64,000 nt of DNA from Phycisphaerae bacterium. Lineage in GTDB: Bacteria; Planctomycetota; Phycisphaerae; Sedimentisphaerales; UBA12454. A program made the translations under genes and the position numbers. Location: positions 1,401-65,400 of the forward strand of contig JBGOWI010000004.1 of assembly GCA_041478555.1 (NCBI GenBank), written 5' to 3'. Positions 10,123 through 20,987 of this stretch are shown here, piece after piece. Each line of letters starts with the position of its first letter. The stretch's first letter is position 1. The notes below the pieces were generated by a model. It saw only the letters and a list, made by a program, of their open reading frames with translations. It searched no databases and was not told the origin of the DNA.

Positions 10123-10500
10123 ATGAATACTATCTCGAAAGTTGCCGAAATGTCTAAAAACGAACCTTTTGTAGCTGTTTTGAGCGAAAAATCAGAGCAT
10201 CAGCCTCTTTTAAGGGGCGCCCCTCAAACCGGCGGAATGAAATCCGGAAGAGTTTATCTGCTGCCCGGCCAGGGCTGCGGAGCGCATTCAACCGAGGAAA
10301 ACGAAGAAATGCTTGTTTTCCTTTCAGGCAAAGGTCAGGCTGTTACCAGCAATGGAAAAACTCTCGAAGTCGGGAAAGGGAAAATAATTTATATACCGCC
10401 GCAGACCGTTCATAATATAATAAATAACTCCGATGAGCCGTTGTGTTATGTTTACTGCGCGGCGCCGACAGGCGGTAACGGAGAAAAACAAAATGTCTGA
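10123..10500 (+). CDS. Cupin-domain protein
   Basis: 125 aa. G-x5-H-x-H-like region GCGAHSTEENEEMLVFLSG followed by IPPQTVHNIIN. Confidence 0.6.
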   Translation: MNTISKVAEMSKNEPFVAVLSEKSEHQPLLRGAPQTGGMKSGRVYLLPGQGCGAHSTEENEEMLVFLSGKGQAVTSNGKTLEVGKGKIIYIPPQTVHNIINNSDEPLCYVYCAAPTGGNGEKQNV

Positions 10501-10924
10501 TATCGAACGAATAGGCGTATCGCTTGAAAATGACCTGCTTACGGCATTCGATAAGGTAATCTCCAACAAAGGCTATAAAAACCGCTCAGAAGCCATCCGG
10601 GACCTGATACGCTCCAATCTTTCACAGATAAAACTCGAACATAAAAAAGCGCCCGCCATCGGCGCAATCTTTCTGGTTTACGACCATCATACCGCACACA
10701 TTTCAAACGTCTTTAAAAAACTGCGGCACGGCAAACCTATAAGAACCATTTCTTCCATCCATGTCTATATCGACCAAAACAACTGCCTCGAGATTCTGAT
10801 TGTAAGAGGTATGACCTCAGATATAAATATGATGGGCGAAAAAATGATAAGTCTGCGGGGCGTAAAACACGGCTATATAAACCTCGTGGCTATTGAGGAA
10901 AGGACAAAATCTGATTCTGTTTAA
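10493..10924 (+). CDS. nikR: NikR-family nickel-responsive regulator (RHH plus ACT-like domain)
   Basis: ATG at 10493 overlaps the cupin stop (ATGTCTGA). MSDIERIGVSLENDLL...YKNRSEAIRDLIR and HVYIDQNNCLEI align by eye with E. coli NikR. Confidence 0.8.
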   Translation: MSDIERIGVSLENDLLTAFDKVISNKGYKNRSEAIRDLIRSNLSQIKLEHKKAPAIGAIFLVYDHHTAHISNVFKKLRHGKPIRTISSIHVYIDQNNCLEILIVRGMTSDINMMGEKMISLRGVKHGYINLVAIEERTKSDSV

Positions 10925-11313
10925 TCATCTGCCAGCAGAACTTCATAAACCGCATATATCACGACTGCCGCGGCCATAGCATAGCCTATCCACAACTGCC
11001 ATTGCTGAATCATATTTGCGGCAGTTTCTTTGGCCAAAAAATACAATATCTCCATCAATTGCGTCGGCACCAATAAAAGATTTGGAAATATCAGCACTAA
11101 TATTACTCCTGCTATTGGCAACAATATACACGCTGCTAACAGCACCCTTTCCTGTAGGACAACTTGTTTAAGCACCTTCTGCTGCTCAAACTGCTCAAGC
11201 CTGCTGAGCATCCGCTGATGGAATCCAGCAGGCACCGGCTGGCGGTATTGTTTAAGCGAATTTTTTAGCAGTTCATCGAACCTGTCTCCATTTTTTCTAT
11301 TTTCAGGCAGCAT
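10921..11313 (-). CDS. Putative membrane anti-sigma factor
   Basis: 130-aa ORF beginning 1 nt after the ECF sigma stop. Cytoplasmic N-terminus plus two TM helices. Confidence 0.45.
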   Translation of the reverse strand: MLPENRKNGDRFDELLKNSLKQYRQPVPAGFHQRMLSRLEQFEQQKVLKQVVLQERVLLAACILLPIAGVILVLIFPNLLLVPTQLMEILYFLAKETAANMIQQWQLWIGYAMAAAVVIYAVYEVLLADD

Positions 11314-11314
11314 A

Positions 11315-11884
11315 TCAATACAACCTTTCCATTTTATTGCTTAGAAGCTCTTTAAGCCTTTCCCGGCCCCTGAACAGGCAGACCTTAACGGTATTTTGAC
11401 GTTTTTCCATAATATTTGCAATCTCTTTAACGCTTTTTTCCTGCCTATAATACAAAACTATCGCTACCGCCTGGTCCTGCGGCAGTTTTTTTACGGCATC
11501 CCATATAATTTCAGAGCTATCGCCCGATGATTGTTCCGAAAAAGCAATTTCCTGCTCATCTGCGTATTGGTTCTGGAGCCGTTCCTGCAATTTTTGATGG
11601 CGGATTTTTTGCCGAATATAACTTATCGCCTTATTATACGCTATTTTCCAAAGCCAGGTGCTTATTTTTGACCTGCCGGCATAACTGCCGATTCCCTGAT
11701 ATGCCGCCAGAAATGTTTCGCTTGCCACATCTTCCGTTTCTGCGGCGTCAAGTCCCAGCAGGCGGCAGCACATAAAAACCTGTTGCTGATATTTTTCAAC
11801 AAAATCGGCAAATGCCGCTTTATCGCCGCTGCGCAGCCGATGTATCAAATCAATTTGTTTGTTTTGCCCGGTTTCGTCTGTCAA
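11315..11884 (-). CDS. ECF-type RNA polymerase sigma-70 family factor
   Basis: Region 2 (DVASETFLAAYQGIGSYAGRSKISTWLWKIAYNKAISYIR) and region 4 (LPQDQAVAIVLYYRQEKSVKEIANIM). Confidence 0.85.
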   Translation of the reverse strand: MTDETGQNKQIDLIHRLRSGDKAAFADFVEKYQQQVFMCCRLLGLDAAETEDVASETFLAAYQGIGSYAGRSKISTWLWKIAYNKAISYIRQKIRHQKLQERLQNQYADEQEIAFSEQSSGDSSEIIWDAVKKLPQDQAVAIVLYYRQEKSVKEIANIMEKRQNTVKVCLFRGRERLKELLSNKMERLY

Positions 11885-12024
11885 AAAGGACTCCTTTTTA
11901 TATTAGTCGCACGAAATAGTAAAAAGTTTCAGATTTTTATGAAACCTTTATAATAAATCTTGCGACTAATAAGTAAAATCGCAACAATAATTATCGTAAA
12001 AACGTTGTTTTGAAAGGGATTAAT

Positions 12025-12452
12025 ATGGATTCGTTAGTTCCGTTTGTAGCTTATATGCCGTTTATAATGGTGATGGTAATATTTGCACTGCTGGTTTGGT
12101 TTCTTATAACCAAAAAACGCCTTGAGCATCAGCAGATTATGGCAGCGATAGAAAAAGGTACCCCTCTTTCTGAGATAAAACCCGTCGAACTGAAAAAAAG
12201 GAAATTAACTGGATAAAGAGCCTGACCACAGGTATTGCTTTACTGCTGATAGGCTCAGGCTGGATTATTATGAGATTTATCGGCAGAGGCTTCTGTTTTG
12301 CTGATGCGGAAGCTAACTCAGGGGTATCGTTCGCAGCCCTGGTGCTTATCGCGATTGGCACAGCTGGAATTATTCGCGGTATCCTGCTGCGAAAAGCTGA
12401 AAAGGCATTATCCGCAGACAAATCAGCCCTTGACGCAAATCAGGGGCAATAG
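12025..12452 (+). pseudogene. Small 3-TM membrane protein split by a frameshift at an A7 run
   Basis: ORF 12025..12216 (frame 1) and the open frame from 12174 containing ORF 12270..12452 (frame 0) join into one TM-linker-TM-TM protein if one A is added in the run 12193-12199. Confidence 0.45.
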
Positions 12453-13853
12453 TTTTGCAACTTTTTTTGCAAGGCCGGCGTTTGCAGTCGCTTCGACAAC
12501 GGCACTTACGTTTTTATATGCAGCAGGAGCTTCTTCAGCAAGACCCCGCATTGAGCGCGATTTTATTATTATCTGCCGACCGGCAAGTTCCCTGACAATC
12601 TGGCTGCCCTGCCATTGTTTTGCCGCCTGTGTCCTGCTCATACTTCGGCCTGCACCGTGACAGGCTGAGCTGAACGCAAGAGACTCGCTCTCGTTCGTTC
12701 CGGCAAGGATATAAGAAGCTGTGCCCATTGTGCCGCCAATTAAAACCGGCTGACCAAACTCTCTGTATTTTGGCGGCAAATCGCTATTTCCCGGCCCAAA
12801 CGACCTCGTCGCTCCCTTGCGATGAACAAGTAAATTTTTACCTCTGCCGTCAACTTTATGCTCCTCAGCCTTTGCGGTGTTATGACTCACATCGTAGAGC
12901 ATTTTGAGTTGGGCTTTTGGAAAAATTCTTGCAAAAATACGCCTGACAAGTTCGGTTAAAATCTGCCTGTTGGCAAGGGCACAATTTATTCCTGACCGCA
13001 TCGCACCAAGATAATCCTGACCGAGCGGACTATTTACAGGCACTGAAGCCAGCTCCCTGTCAGGCAGCTCGATACCATAACTCGCAGCTTCAGAAGCCAT
13101 TTGCTTCAGATAATCTGTGCCTATCTGATGACCGAGGCCGCGAGAGCCGCAGTGGATGCTTACCATTACATCACCTTTTTTTAAACAGAAGCCTTCGGCA
13201 ATTTGCTCATCATAAATATCAACGACCTTCTGAACCTCAAGATAATGATTGCCTGAGCCGAGCGTTCCCATTTGCTCCCGCTGTCTTTTTTTCGCCTGTG
13301 GCGAAACCTTTGCAGGTATAGCGCCTTTTACGCAGCCGTGCTCCTCTATAAAATCCAAATCCTCTTTTGTGCCGAAGCCTTTTTCAACCGCCCAGACTGC
13401 TCCGCCTGTGAGCATGTTATCGAGCTGAGCAGTGCTTAAAGTGATATTTCCCGTACTGCCGAGGCCGGCTGGAATATCGCGAAACAAGGCCTCGGCAAGT
13501 TTTTCACTTATGCCGGCAATATCCTCTTCGATCAAACCCGTATGAAACGTCCTTACGCCGCAGGCGATATCGAATCCGACGCCGCCGCCGGAGATTACAC
13601 CGCCGGCTTCAGGGTCAAAAGCGGCTACGCCGCCGATACAAAAACCATAACCCATGTGTGCATCCGGCATCGCAAAAGACGCCTTGACTATCCCCGGCAA
13701 TGCTGCCACGTTGCAGACCTGTGATATGGTTTTTTCGTCCATGTCGTTAATCAGAACCTTATCGGCAAAAATCACGCCCGGAACTTTCATCTTTCCGAAA
13801 GGCTCTATCTGCCAGATATTTTCCGAAATTTTCTTTAATTCGGGTCTTGACAT
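12423..13853 (-). CDS. rtcB: RNA 3'-phosphate/2',3'-cyclic phosphate ligase RtcB
   Basis: 476 aa. Motifs PDAHMGYGFCIGGV, GSGNHYLEVQ and HCGSRGLGHQ. Confidence 0.9.
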   Translation of the reverse strand: MSRPELKKISENIWQIEPFGKMKVPGVIFADKVLINDMDEKTISQVCNVAALPGIVKASFAMPDAHMGYGFCIGGVAAFDPEAGGVISGGGVGFDIACGVRTFHTGLIEEDIAGISEKLAEALFRDIPAGLGSTGNITLSTAQLDNMLTGGAVWAVEKGFGTKEDLDFIEEHGCVKGAIPAKVSPQAKKRQREQMGTLGSGNHYLEVQKVVDIYDEQIAEGFCLKKGDVMVSIHCGSRGLGHQIGTDYLKQMASEAASYGIELPDRELASVPVNSPLGQDYLGAMRSGINCALANRQILTELVRRIFARIFPKAQLKMLYDVSHNTAKAEEHKVDGRGKNLLVHRKGATRSFGPGNSDLPPKYREFGQPVLIGGTMGTASYILAGTNESESLAFSSACHGAGRSMSRTQAAKQWQGSQIVRELAGRQIIIKSRSMRGLAEEAPAAYKNVSAVVEATANAGLAKKVAKLLPLICVKG

Positions 13854-13864
13854 TGTTTTAACCG

Positions 13865-14323
13865 TTATACATCAATTACACATTGAACAATCCAGTTGCC
13901 GTTCTCGTTTTTTACACTCAACTGATTATATGTTACAGCCTTTGGCTCTACCGCAGGAGAATGTTTCTGTTGATTTATCTTTTCGCCCCATATTGTTGCA
14001 GAAACTTTTAAGTTTTCAACCCCGCACCTTCGAATATTCAAATTTGAATTGTCTGAAGGTGCGGGGTCAATCCGGACTTCAAACCGGCTAAAAAGCATTT
14101 TTCGCACGGCCATTTCATATATAACCGAATTGAGCCAGTTAACAAGCAGAAGCTCATTATTTTCGGCAGAGCATTCTATTTTCACAGATTCAATTTTGGC
14201 TACATTATTCGGTTCTGTAACAATCGCCGTCAGTGCGACAGCAGCATCCTCAAACGCTTTGCCTAAACTATCGGCAATTGCTCTTATGCCAATATCAGCC
14301 TGATGGGCAAAATGCTCCCACAT
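13865..14323 (-). CDS. Archease (RtcB activator)
   Basis: 152 aa. N-terminus MWEHFAHQADIGIRA. Lies 11 nt downstream of rtcB. Confidence 0.8.
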   Translation of the reverse strand: MWEHFAHQADIGIRAIADSLGKAFEDAAVALTAIVTEPNNVAKIESVKIECSAENNELLLVNWLNSVIYEMAVRKMLFSRFEVRIDPAPSDNSNLNIRRCGVENLKVSATIWGEKINQQKHSPAVEPKAVTYNQLSVKNENGNWIVQCVIDV

Positions 14324-14324
14324 A

Positions 14325-16115
<1,791 letters not shown>

Positions 16116-16119
<4 letters not shown>

Positions 16120-16367
16120 AATTTGTCCCAGATGTCTTCTTCCGGTTCATTCCAAATATCGGCAAAAGAAGCTTCGGCAACTGTGTACATGTTTATCTCA
16201 TAATTTTTTTGTTTTGAGAGACGCACTTTTTCGATGGTTTTTTCCACAAATGGAATAAAACTATCCGCCTCACTTGCATTATAAGCAAAAAGTTTATTGT
16301 AGCAACCCAGACTTACGTTTAGAATTGTGCGTTCCACACCTGTCCATATGATATTGCTATAATTCAT
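16116..16367 (-). CDS. Putative cognate antitoxin
   Basis: 83 aa. 4-nt overlap with the toxin gene. Acidic C-terminus FADIWNEPEEDIWDKL. Confidence 0.45.
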
Positions 16368-16723
16368 CTGTTTCCTTCCTTTAATTGTTCCTTCAGACTA
16401 CGGATCTTTGAATCAAGCCAGTCTCGCAATACCTCTGCAGTTGCCAAATCCATTATGGCGCCAGCTTCTATTTCTCTAATTATTCCGATTTTACCTTCTC
16501 TGCTAAGTTCTTTGCCCAATAAACCTTTTTCGGTTACCTCATGAACGACCTTCTGGGGGGTAACGGCTCTTTCGATAAAAAATTCTATATAGATATTGCC
16601 TTTTGGGGTCGGCCCTCCAAAAACTCCATCCACATGGAAACTCCGATAATCTGGTGTTTTAAGATAATGAAGGGTTATTTCATTTATACCGGCATTTTTG
16701 GATTTTATAGTTTTTTTAGCCAT
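16364..16723 (-). CDS. Hypothetical protein, first gene of the MazF cassette
   Basis: 4-nt overlap with the antitoxin ORF. Likely start MAKKTIKSK at 16723 (the ORF extends to 16774). No family recognised. Confidence 0.4.
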   Translation of the reverse strand: MAKKTIKSKNAGINEITLHYLKTPDYRSFHVDGVFGGPTPKGNIYIEFFIERAVTPQKVVHEVTEKGLLGKELSREGKIGIIREIEAGAIMDLATAEVLRDWLDSKIRSLKEQLKEGNR

Positions 16724-16853
16724 AATCGTCTTTCCAGAATTTGGACTAAAAAGGTAAGGGGTCAATTTGTTCAAATAATGGCCTTACATGATACAAAAAT
16801 TATCGGCCTATAAAAGTAAAAAATTGAATTTTGGAATATTATAGCCATTTTTC

Positions 16854-16882
16854 TTGACTTTTACAGCCTATTTTAATATTAT
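16854..16882 (+). promoter_or_regulatory. Sigma70-like promoter for the trp leader/operon
   Basis: TTGACT (16854-16859), 17-nt spacer, TATTAT (16877-16882). The predicted TSS is only ~5 nt before the leader ATG. Confidence 0.5.
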
Positions 16883-16893
16883 TTATATTGATT

Positions 16894-16950
16894 ATGGCTC
16901 AAAATCGTCCTAACTATCGTTTTGGTTGGTGGTGGCCTGTTGGCAAATAG
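16894..16950 (+). CDS. trpL: trp operon leader peptide (18 aa, three consecutive Trp codons)
   Basis: ATG GCT CAA AAT CGT CCT AAC TAT CGT TTT GGT TGG TGG TGG CCT GTT GGC AAA TAG = MAQNRPNYRFGWWWPVGK. Confidence 0.75.
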   Translation: MAQNRPNYRFGWWWPVGK

Positions 16951-17036
16951 CTGACAGGTTGTGAGCCTTAGTATATCCTAAAAACCTATTATTTAATAAT
17001 TTTCACGGCCTGTCGGTAGCGGCAGGCCGTTTTTTT
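16934..17036 (+). promoter_or_regulatory. Transcription attenuator (alternative 1:2, 2:3 and 3:4 hairpins)
   Basis: 1:2 pairs 16936-16944 with 16950-16958. 2:3 pairs 16951-16965 with 17002-17016. 3:4 is the terminator, pairing 17005-17012 with 17023-17030. Confidence 0.75.
17005..17036 (+). terminator. Attenuator terminator upstream of trpE
   Basis: ACGGCCTG / CAGGCCGT 8-bp stem followed by T6. Confidence 0.8.
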
Positions 17037-17070
17037 ATGTATATTGTGGCTCTACTGAGCCTATCGAAGT

Positions 17071-18687
17071 GTGAGAAAAAATATGACAGAATTCAGTCAA
17101 AAAATTAACGAGGCAAAGACAGGGCAGATTATTCCGCTGGTCAGACAGATTGATAAGATAGAGCCGGTCGATTTCTTCGCAAGGTTAAGCAACTATGGCA
17201 GAAACCCACACTGCTGTCTGCTCGAATCAAAAGAGCATCTGGCGGAAAAAGGTCAGGGGGAACTCACTTTCGGCACAGCAAACCCGGCATTGTACCTGTC
17301 CGGAAAAGGCGCGGATTTTCAAATCGTCGCACTAAGCCCCGTTGGAAAAAGAATGATAAAATACCTCGCAACCGCTGCACGCAAAAGGTTCAACTTCTGT
17401 GAAAAAATAAACTTTGAAAAAGACCGTATCACAGGACAACTTAATCTCGACCACGATATCATCGACGAACAGACTCGCCTGAAGGCCGTAAATCAGATGG
17501 ATGTTATCAGGGCGGTCAATTTCGCCTTTGAGCTTTCAGGAAAACCGTTCCGCGTAACCTGCGGTCTGCTCGGCGCGATAAGCTATGATTTTATCGACCA
17601 GTTTGAAAAACTACCGGCTAATGTTGCTGTCCTTCTCGATGTGCCGGACTACGAACTTTATTTCGCGGACAATATCTTTCTGATGGACCACAAGACCGGC
17701 GATGCCTTTATAATCGTCAATGCCGTCATAACCAACGACGACAGAAATGAGATTGTGGCAGATGCGGAAAACTGCTTTGATTATTACTTCAAGGCCGCCA
17801 AAACCCCGCTGCCAAAACCGATAAAGTACACCGGCCCTCTGCCAAAGGCCGGCACGGATACCGACAGGGGCGAATATGAAAAAATGGTGCAAATCGCAAA
17901 AAAACACATTACAGACGGCGATATCTTTCAGGTCGTCCTGAGCAGGACAATTTCGGAGCCCTGCCCCGATGAGCCGCTCGATGTCTATAAGAGACTGCGG
18001 CTGCTCAACCCTTCGCCTTATATGTTTTACCTTAATACACCCAGTACAATCCTGACCGGTGCAAGTCCCGAACTTAATCTGCGGGTAAGCGGAACAAAAA
18101 ATCGTCAGGTGGAAATCAGACCTATCGCGGGAACAAAACCACGCGGCAGAGTTAACGGCCAACTCGACCTTGATACGGATTTCAGATATGAAGCTGAACT
18201 CAAGCTCGACAGAAAAGAGCTTGCTGAGCATATGATGCTGGTCGACCTTGCAAGAAACGATATCGCAAGAGTCGCACAAAAAGGCACACGAATTGTCACT
18301 GAACTGCTGGTTGCGGAAAAATATGAATCGGTAATGCACCTTGTAAGCAACGTTAAGGGCACTCTCAGCGATGAACTTGACGCATTAAGCGCCTATCTTG
18401 CAACTATGAATATGGGCACGCTGACAGGTGCGCCAAAAATAGAGGCTATGAAAATCATCCGCAGGCTCGAAAAAAACAAACGCGGCTATTACGGCGGAGC
18501 AGTAATGTATTTAACCGTTGACGGACAGTTCGACAGCTGTATAACTATACGTGCCCTGCAGGTAAAAGACCACGTAGCTTACATCCGGGCAGGAGGCGGG
18601 ATTGTCCATGACAGTGTGCCGAAAACAGAATTCGAGGAAACTCAGCACAAGGCAAATTCCTGCCTGCGGGCAGTAAGAGGAAAATGA
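17071..18687 (+). CDS. trpE: Anthranilate synthase component I
   Basis: 538 aa. CCLLESKE, GAPK and chorismate-binding C-terminal region. Start is GTG 17071 or ATG 17083. Confidence 0.9.
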   Translation: MRKNMTEFSQKINEAKTGQIIPLVRQIDKIEPVDFFARLSNYGRNPHCCLLESKEHLAEKGQGELTFGTANPALYLSGKGADFQIVALSPVGKRMIKYLATAARKRFNFCEKINFEKDRITGQLNLDHDIIDEQTRLKAVNQMDVIRAVNFAFELSGKPFRVTCGLLGAISYDFIDQFEKLPANVAVLLDVPDYELYFADNIFLMDHKTGDAFIIVNAVITNDDRNEIVADAENCFDYYFKAAKTPLPKPIKYTGPLPKAGTDTDRGEYEKMVQIAKKHITDGDIFQVVLSRTISEPCPDEPLDVYKRLRLLNPSPYMFYLNTPSTILTGASPELNLRVSGTKNRQVEIRPIAGTKPRGRVNGQLDLDTDFRYEAELKLDRKELAEHMMLVDLARNDIARVAQKGTRIVTELLVAEKYESVMHLVSNVKGTLSDELDALSAYLATMNMGTLTGAPKIEAMKIIRRLEKNKRGYYGGAVMYLTVDGQFDSCITIRALQVKDHVAYIRAGGGIVHDSVPKTEFEETQHKANSCLRAVRGK

Positions 18688-18690
18688 AAA

Positions 18691-19314
18691 ATGAAAAATT
18701 CTGAAATTAACGAAAATCCAAAAGTGCTTTTTATAGACAACTTCGACTCATTTACATACAACCTCGTTGATGATTTCTGCAAAAGAGATTGTATCGCAAA
18801 GGTCTACCGTGCCGATACGCCGCTCGAAAGCTTAAAACAAATTGCAGAAGAGTTTAAGCCTGACCTGCTGGTGATTTCGCCCGGCCCGGGCACGCCCGCA
18901 AAGGCGGGAGTTACGCTCCAAGCAATCGGTTATTTTCAAGACAGACTTCCGATATTCGGCGTATGTCTCGGCCATCAGGCAATCGTCGAATATTTCGGCG
19001 GCACGGTCAGCCATGCTCCAAAAGTCATGCACGGAAAGTCGTCGAAAATAATACATAATGGCAAAGGAATCTTCGAAGGTCTTGAAAATCCGCTGCAGGC
19101 CGGCAGATACCACAGCCTCTGTGCAGTCAAGACGCCGGACTGTCTCGAAGTAACCGCACAATACGACAACATCGTGATGGCAGTAAAACACAAACAAAAA
19201 CCGATTTTCGGCGTGCAGTTCCATCCTGAAAGCATTCTTACGCCGACAGGCGGAAAAATAATACAGAACCTTTTAAAAATTTCATTAACTAACAGGGAAA
19301 ATCACAGTGACTAA
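18691..19314 (+). CDS. trpG: Anthranilate synthase component II (glutamine amidotransferase)
   Basis: FIDNFDSFTYNL, GVCLGHQ and QFHPES. Confidence 0.9.
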   Translation: MKNSEINENPKVLFIDNFDSFTYNLVDDFCKRDCIAKVYRADTPLESLKQIAEEFKPDLLVISPGPGTPAKAGVTLQAIGYFQDRLPIFGVCLGHQAIVEYFGGTVSHAPKVMHGKSSKIIHNGKGIFEGLENPLQAGRYHSLCAVKTPDCLEVTAQYDNIVMAVKHKQKPIFGVQFHPESILTPTGGKIIQNLLKISLTNRENHSD

Positions 19315-20329
19315 AATAACTGAATACCTTGAAGTCCTTCTCGAAGGCGGCGACCTGAAGTACGAGCAGGCAAAAGACCTGCTGGACATAATCTTCAAAG
19401 GCGATGTCGCAGACGTCCAGATTGCAGCGTTTCTGGCAGCAATGAGAATGAAAAAGGCAACACCTGAAGAATTTGCGGGACTGGCGCAATCCCTCAGAGA
19501 CCACGCTGTAAAGGTCAACACAAAAATCACCAATCTCATCGACACCTGCGGAACAGGCGGAGCGCCTCTGAAAACATTTAATATCTCCACGGCAGCGGCA
19601 TTTGTAGCGGCAGGCGCAGGCGCTTATGTCGCAAAACACGGCAATCGCGGTATTACAAGTAAATGCGGCTCGGCCGATGTACTCGAGGTGCTCGGCGTTA
19701 AAATCGACTGTGCCCCTGATGTCGTTGCAGAGTGCATTGAAAACGCACATATAGGCTTTATGTTTGCTCCAAAGTATCATCCTGCAATGAAATTCGTTCA
19801 GTCTATAAGAAAAAGTCTCGACTTCCGCACCGCATTCAACATACTTGGCCCGCTTGCAAATCCCGCATCGGCTCAGGCACAGGTAATGGGTGTTGCAGAA
19901 GAAGCATTGCTGGACAGGATTGCGGAAACCTTCAAGATTCTCGGCACAAAACGAGCAATAATAGTTCACGGCAGCGGACTTGACGAAATAAGCATTACGG
20001 CCACCACAAAGGTTGTCGAACTTAAAGACAAAAAAAAGATTTCCTATGAAATTCATCCGAAGGATTTTGCAATCTCCTCGCCGAAAATGGCCGAACTCGT
20101 CGGCAGCAGCACCGAATACAATGCAAAGACGATAAAGGATGTTCTGTCCGCCAGAAACAAAGGCGCCGCCCGGGATATCATACTTTTAAATTCGGCAGCG
20201 GCAATAATGGTTGCAGGCATTGCCAACAATCTGCATATGGGGTTTCAAAAGGCTGCCGAATCAATCGATAGCGGAGCAGCTTACGAGTGCCTTGAAAAAC
20301 TGATTGAGATTTCAAACAAAAAAATATAA
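19307..20329 (+). CDS. trpD: Anthranilate phosphoribosyltransferase
   Basis: GTG start overlapping the trpG stop. DTCGTGG and KHGNRGITSKCGSADVLE. Confidence 0.9.
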   Translation: MTKITEYLEVLLEGGDLKYEQAKDLLDIIFKGDVADVQIAAFLAAMRMKKATPEEFAGLAQSLRDHAVKVNTKITNLIDTCGTGGAPLKTFNISTAAAFVAAGAGAYVAKHGNRGITSKCGSADVLEVLGVKIDCAPDVVAECIENAHIGFMFAPKYHPAMKFVQSIRKSLDFRTAFNILGPLANPASAQAQVMGVAEEALLDRIAETFKILGTKRAIIVHGSGLDEISITATTKVVELKDKKKISYEIHPKDFAISSPKMAELVGSSTEYNAKTIKDVLSARNKGAARDIILLNSAAAIMVAGIANNLHMGFQKAAESIDSGAAYECLEKLIEISNKKI

Positions 20330-20342
20330 TCTGCCTGAACTT

Positions 20343-20978
20343 ATGGTTGGACCGAAAGTTAAAATATGTGGAATAACAAACGTCGACGACGCCGTCAAGG
20401 CGGTGCAGCTCGGCGCGGACCTGCTCGGCTTTAACTTTTATCCCAAAAGCCCAAGATATATTGAGCCGCAGGAAGCCGAAAAGATTATCAGAAAACTGCC
20501 GGCATTCGTCGACATAGTCGGTCTGTTCGTAAACGCCGACGCAGATACCATTCGCAAAACCGCGAGCGATTTGATGGTCGACTGGGTGCAGCTTCACGGC
20601 GATGAAAGCCCGGGATTCTGCATGTCGCTTAATAATATGCCTGCACGGATTATAAAGGCCGTAAGGATAAAAGACGGCAGAGACATCGAATACGCAAAGA
20701 ATTTCGCCGTCGATGCACTCCTGCTGGATGCTTTCCATCCCGTCTTACACGGCGGAACGGGCCAGCGTTTCGACTGGAACTCTCTGCCCGAACTTACAGG
20801 ACATACATTCGGAAGAACATTTCTGGCAGGCGGAATAAATCCCCAAAACGTCATCGAGGCCGTTGGTCTCGGATTTTATGGTATCGATATCTGCAGCGGA
20901 ATCGAAGATTCGCCACGCAAAAAAAATCATGAAAAAATGGAAGAACTTTTCAAAAAATTAAGAAGCGTTACCGCATAA
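20343..20978 (+). CDS. trpF: Phosphoribosylanthranilate isomerase
   Basis: ATG at 20343 gives MVGPKVKICGIT. 211 aa, PRAI domain only. Confidence 0.85.
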   Translation: MVGPKVKICGITNVDDAVKAVQLGADLLGFNFYPKSPRYIEPQEAEKIIRKLPAFVDIVGLFVNADADTIRKTASDLMVDWVQLHGDESPGFCMSLNNMPARIIKAVRIKDGRDIEYAKNFAVDALLLDAFHPVLHGGTGQRFDWNSLPELTGHTFGRTFLAGGINPQNVIEAVGLGFYGIDICSGIEDSPRKKNHEKMEELFKKLRSVTA

Positions 20979-20987
20979 AGGTGTAAA

